A stretch of DNA of 64,000 bases from the human T2T-CHM13v2.0 reference genome, Homo sapiens, in the NCBI RefSeq assembly GCF_009914755.1, contig NC_060931.1. One strand, written 5' to 3'. Positions 55,774 through 64,000 of the stretch are shown here, piece after piece (position 1 is the first letter of the stretch; the number at the start of each line of letters is the position of its first letter). Position numbers and translations under genes: made by a program. The notes beneath the pieces were generated by a model. That model made no database searches and was not told the DNA's origin. It saw only the letters and a program-made list of their open reading frames with translations.

Positions 55774-57160
55774 GTACTAACATCAGAAGTTACCTTCATT
55801 CCTAATTTAATATTCTGAGAAAAGTGTGGATAAACCCAATCAGCAACATTTGTGGGTAGAGGCTGGCTGGGGGAGGGAGGGATTTAAAAACCCTTTCTAG
55901 GAAGGTAAGAACGATTTGCTTTTCAACCAAAAGATATGTTTAATTTTCGTAGAAAAAATATTTTTATTAGAAAATCCAGTTTCCTGGTTATGTTATGCAG
56001 TTCACCTTGACCTAGCCCCCTCTCTCTGAAGCGCCATTTGTGATTGGTTCCTATGGAAGCATCAATTGCAGTAGAGAAATGTCTCTGAAGGAAAATTAGG
56101 AATGGGTGCTCTTGCTTTTACCTTAGCCAGTTTTATGTCATTGGGTAAGTTCCTTTCCATTTCTGGGAGTCTTCTTTGGCATTATAAAATGAGGGGGCTG
56201 GGTCACATGACCTCGGAGCTTCCTTTCACTGTTGAAATTATATAGAGTTGCGATCTTCAAGTGCTGAAACCTATTTACTGTTCATAAAGGACTGTTGTAA
56301 GCACAAAGCTATTAGAGTTGCAGATGAAGTGTTCTGCTATAAAGCTAGCAAGTTAATAAGTGCCTCTAAGGCTTTGCTTTAGGACCTATGCCTTTTCTCT
56401 CAACTGAAAGAAATCTCAGTATTTCTATAATGTAAAACCAGGAAAAATAACACTTATTAACGATTAAAACCATCCAAGATAAGAATTACTCTCTCAAGCA
56501 CTGTGTGTACGCTTTAACCTCCATTAAATTTCCCACTCTGAATGACCCAGATTCTTCAGAACAAACAAGGTGTGGATTCTCTGTGGCAAAAGCTGAGTGC
56601 AACTTAGTCTTTCTCGTCTCACAGGTGTTTATGGAAGATGTCAATACGGTCTGTGGGAAAAGCATGTATTTTTGAAGTCATACTTGGAGTTGAATTACAT
56701 CAAGCATGTTTTCTTAACTCAAAGTTAGTCAAATCCCAGAGTCCCACTTTTCTTATTGAAGAAGTGGGCAAAGTAGAAGCTCCTTCTGGCAGCTCTTCTT
56801 TCTGGAATAGAAGATAGTATACGAAAATGTTTCTGGGGCTCATTAGGTGCTCACAAGTCACAATTTTATTGCTGTTTTTAATCCTGAGGATTTCTTTCTG
56901 TCTCTATTTCTTAAAAATCTTTCTTTCCTCAGCACTTTGTATACTTTTTTTGTATTGGTTTGGTAGGTTAAACCGCTGAAATGAAACAGACCACAGAATA
57001 CAGTGGCTCAAATGTAATATACACTTGTTTGTTTCTCATGTAACTATCCAGGTAGGCCAGGGCAAGGCAGGTGGGGTTTGGGTTGTACTTCTCCACACAA
57101 GCCATTCAGGAACACAAAGATGGAGCAGCCCAGCAATCTCCAGCAAAAGATTCCAGAGCT

Positions 57161-57696
<536 letters not shown>

Positions 57697-58233
57697 TTAA
57701 GTCCAGACTATGTATGTTACTACACTTTGGAACACACTTCCAAACTAGTGTTTCTAAAAACATTTTGTATCTCTGTTTCTCATCTTGACCATCCACAAGG
57801 ATTATTAGTTTACACATGAATTCCTAAATGTGGATCCCAGCATTTGAGTCTGTCTCTAAAACAGTCTGATTGCATGGAACTAGTGTTTCATTACCCTCTC
57901 CTGCTCCTGCTTTGGGTCTGGACTGACTTTGCCTTCCTACTTATCTGCTATGGTCTGAGTGTTTGTACCTGCCCAAAATTCGTACGTTGAAACCTAAATC
58001 TCAGTGCAATAATATTAAATGGTGTGGTCTTTAGGATGTAATTAGGTCATGAGGGCTCCATACTCATGAAAGGGATTTGTACCCTTGTAAAAGAGGCCCG
58101 AGAGAGTTTGTTTGCTCTTCCTACTGATGCAAGACAGGTGAGCCCCAAAGTGGGGCTTAGCCTGCAAAGGTTCTTGCCTTTGCCCAGGAAAGAATTCAAG
58201 GGCAAGCCAGAGGTAAAAGAAAACAGCTTTATT

Positions 58234-59100
58234 TCTTCTTCACTTATGAAGCTTAGTTTGGCTGGATATGAAATTCTGGGTTGAAAATTATTTTCTTCAA
58301 GAGTGTTGAATATTGGCCCCCACTCTCTTCTGGCTTGTAGAGTTTCTGCCAAGAGATCCGCTGTTACTGTGATGGGCTTCCCTTTGCGGGTAACCCGACC
58401 TTTCTCTCTGGCCGCCCTTAACATTTTTTCCTTCATTTCAACTTTGGTGAATCTGACAATTATGTGTCTTGGAGTTGCTCTTCTCTAGGAGTATCTTTGT
58501 GGCGTTCTCTGTATTTCCTGAATTTGAATGTTGGCCTGCCTTGCTAGGTTGGGGAAGTTCTCCTGGATAATATCCTGAAGAGTGTTTTCTAACTTGGTTC
58601 CATTCTCCCCGTCACTTTCAGGTACACCAATCAGATGTAGATTTGGTCTTTTCACATAGTCCCATATTTCTTGGAGGCTTTGTTCATTTCTTTTTACTCT
58701 TTTTTCTCTAAACTTCTCTTCTTGCTTCATTTCATTCATTTGATCTTCAATCACTGATACCCTTCTTCCAGTTGATCAAATCGGCTACTGAAGCTTGTGC
58801 ATTCATCACGTAGTTCTCGTGCCATGGTTTTCAGGTCATTTAAGGACTTTTCTACACTGGTTATTCTAGTTAGCCATTCGTCTAATCTTTTTTCGAGGTT
58901 TTCAGCTCCTTTACATTGGTTTCAAAATTCCTCCTTTAGCTTGGAGAAGTTTGATTTTCTGAAGCCTTCTTCTCTCAACTCATCAAAGTCATTCTCTGTC
59001 CAGCTTTGTTCCATTGTGGTGAGGAGCTGTGTTCCTTTGGAGGGGGAGAGGTGCTCTGATTTTTAGAATTTTCAGCTTTTCTGCTCTGTTTTTTCCCCAT
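58234..59100 (-). pseudogene. Disrupted, inverted L1 ORF1 N-terminal and central part
   Basis: ATG at 59100 (MGKKQSRK), RVKRNEQSLQEIWDYVKRPNL and KEKMLRAAREKG peptides; premature stops. Confidence 0.93.
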
Positions 59101-59371
59101 TTTTGTGGTTTTATCTACCTTTGGTCTTTGATGATGGTGACATACAGATGGTGTTTTGGTGTGGATGTCCTTTCTCTTTGTTAGTTTTCAGCAAATGCTG
59201 GGAGATTTTGTCACCACCAGTCCTGCCCTACAAGAGCTCCTGAAGGAAGCACTAAACATGGAAAGGAACAACTGGTACCAGACACTGCAAAAACATGTCA
59301 AATAGTAAAGACCATCGATGCTAGGAAGAAACTGCATCAACTAACGAGCAAAATAACCAGCTAACATCATG

Positions 59372-63204
<3,833 letters not shown>

Positions 63205-64000
63205 ACAATGAGAACACTTGGACACAGGAAGGGGAACATCATACACCAGGGGCTGTGGTGGGATGGGGGGAGGGGGGAGGGAAAGCATTAGGAGATATAC
63301 CTAATGTTAAGTGACGAGTTAATGGGTGCAGCATACCAATATGGCACATGTATACATATGTAACTAACCTGCACATTGTGCACATGTACCCTAGAACTTA
63401 AAGTATAATAATAATATTAATAAAAGAAAACAGCTTTATTGAAGCAGCAGTATTACAGCTCTGTGACTGCTTCTGCAGAGCAGCGCTCCGCTGTAGGCAG
63501 AGTAGCAGCTCAGGGCTGATTTGTAGTCGTATTTATACCAACTTTTAATTGGATGTAGATTAAGGATTAGTTTATGCGGAAATTTCTAGGGAAAGGGTAA
63601 TAACTTTTGGGTCATCAAGTTGTTGTCATGGAAAGGGGCGGTAATTCCTGGGTGTTGCCATGGCAATGGTAGGTAAACTGACATGGCACACCGATGGGCG
63701 TGACTTATGGAAAGCTGCTTCCGCCTCAGCCCTGTTTTAGTTAGTCCTCAGTCTGGTCCAGTGTCTGAGTCCCCACTTCTGGAGTCGGGTCCCCCGCCTA
63801 CCTCATCACCATGTGCGGACACAGCCAGAGGTGCCATTACAGACCAAGAAACAGGCCCTCACCAGACCCTGAATCTGTCCATGCCTCGATCTTGGACTTC
63901 AAACCTCCGGAACTGGAATAGATTTCTGTTATTTATAAGCCACCCTGTCTACGGCATTTTGCTGTAGCAGCCTAAAGGGAATAAGATATCGAATACATGA

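Noticed and set aside
46069-56740. Spliced coding model starting ATG TAC AGT AA| joined to acceptors at 47562 or 56624
   Set aside because: The resulting peptides resemble nothing I know, and the 56.6 kb segment looks MIR-like with no good donor
58047-58436. 129-aa ORF as a new chimeric protein
   Set aside because: L1 ORF1 fragment running through the inversion junction into LTR sequence; upstream stops and no sign of expression

Overview
AT-rich, repeat-dominated primate genomic DNA (human or ape-like, given AluJ/S/Y and L1PA elements). I can support no host protein-coding exon. The ORF track is explained by L1, Alu and Tigger1 fragments, low-complexity sequence or chance. Main points: (1) all four young L1PA insertions are 5'-inverted (twin priming), three with clear target-site duplications, one being a ~5.2 kb copy nested in an ERV1 LTR nested in MLT1A0; (2) a single CpG island at ~44.9-45.6 kb with promoter motifs and splice donors on both strands, probably a lncRNA or untranslated first exon; (3) a near-perfect 32-bp-stem hairpin at 34537-34614 just downstream of a solo LTR; (4) many solo LTRs, an internally deleted Tigger1 and old L1M fragments. 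I see no convincing new biological system. The hairpin and the CpG-island transcript are the best leads. Repeat subfamily names come from remembered consensus sequences and need RepeatMasker/Dfam confirmation.
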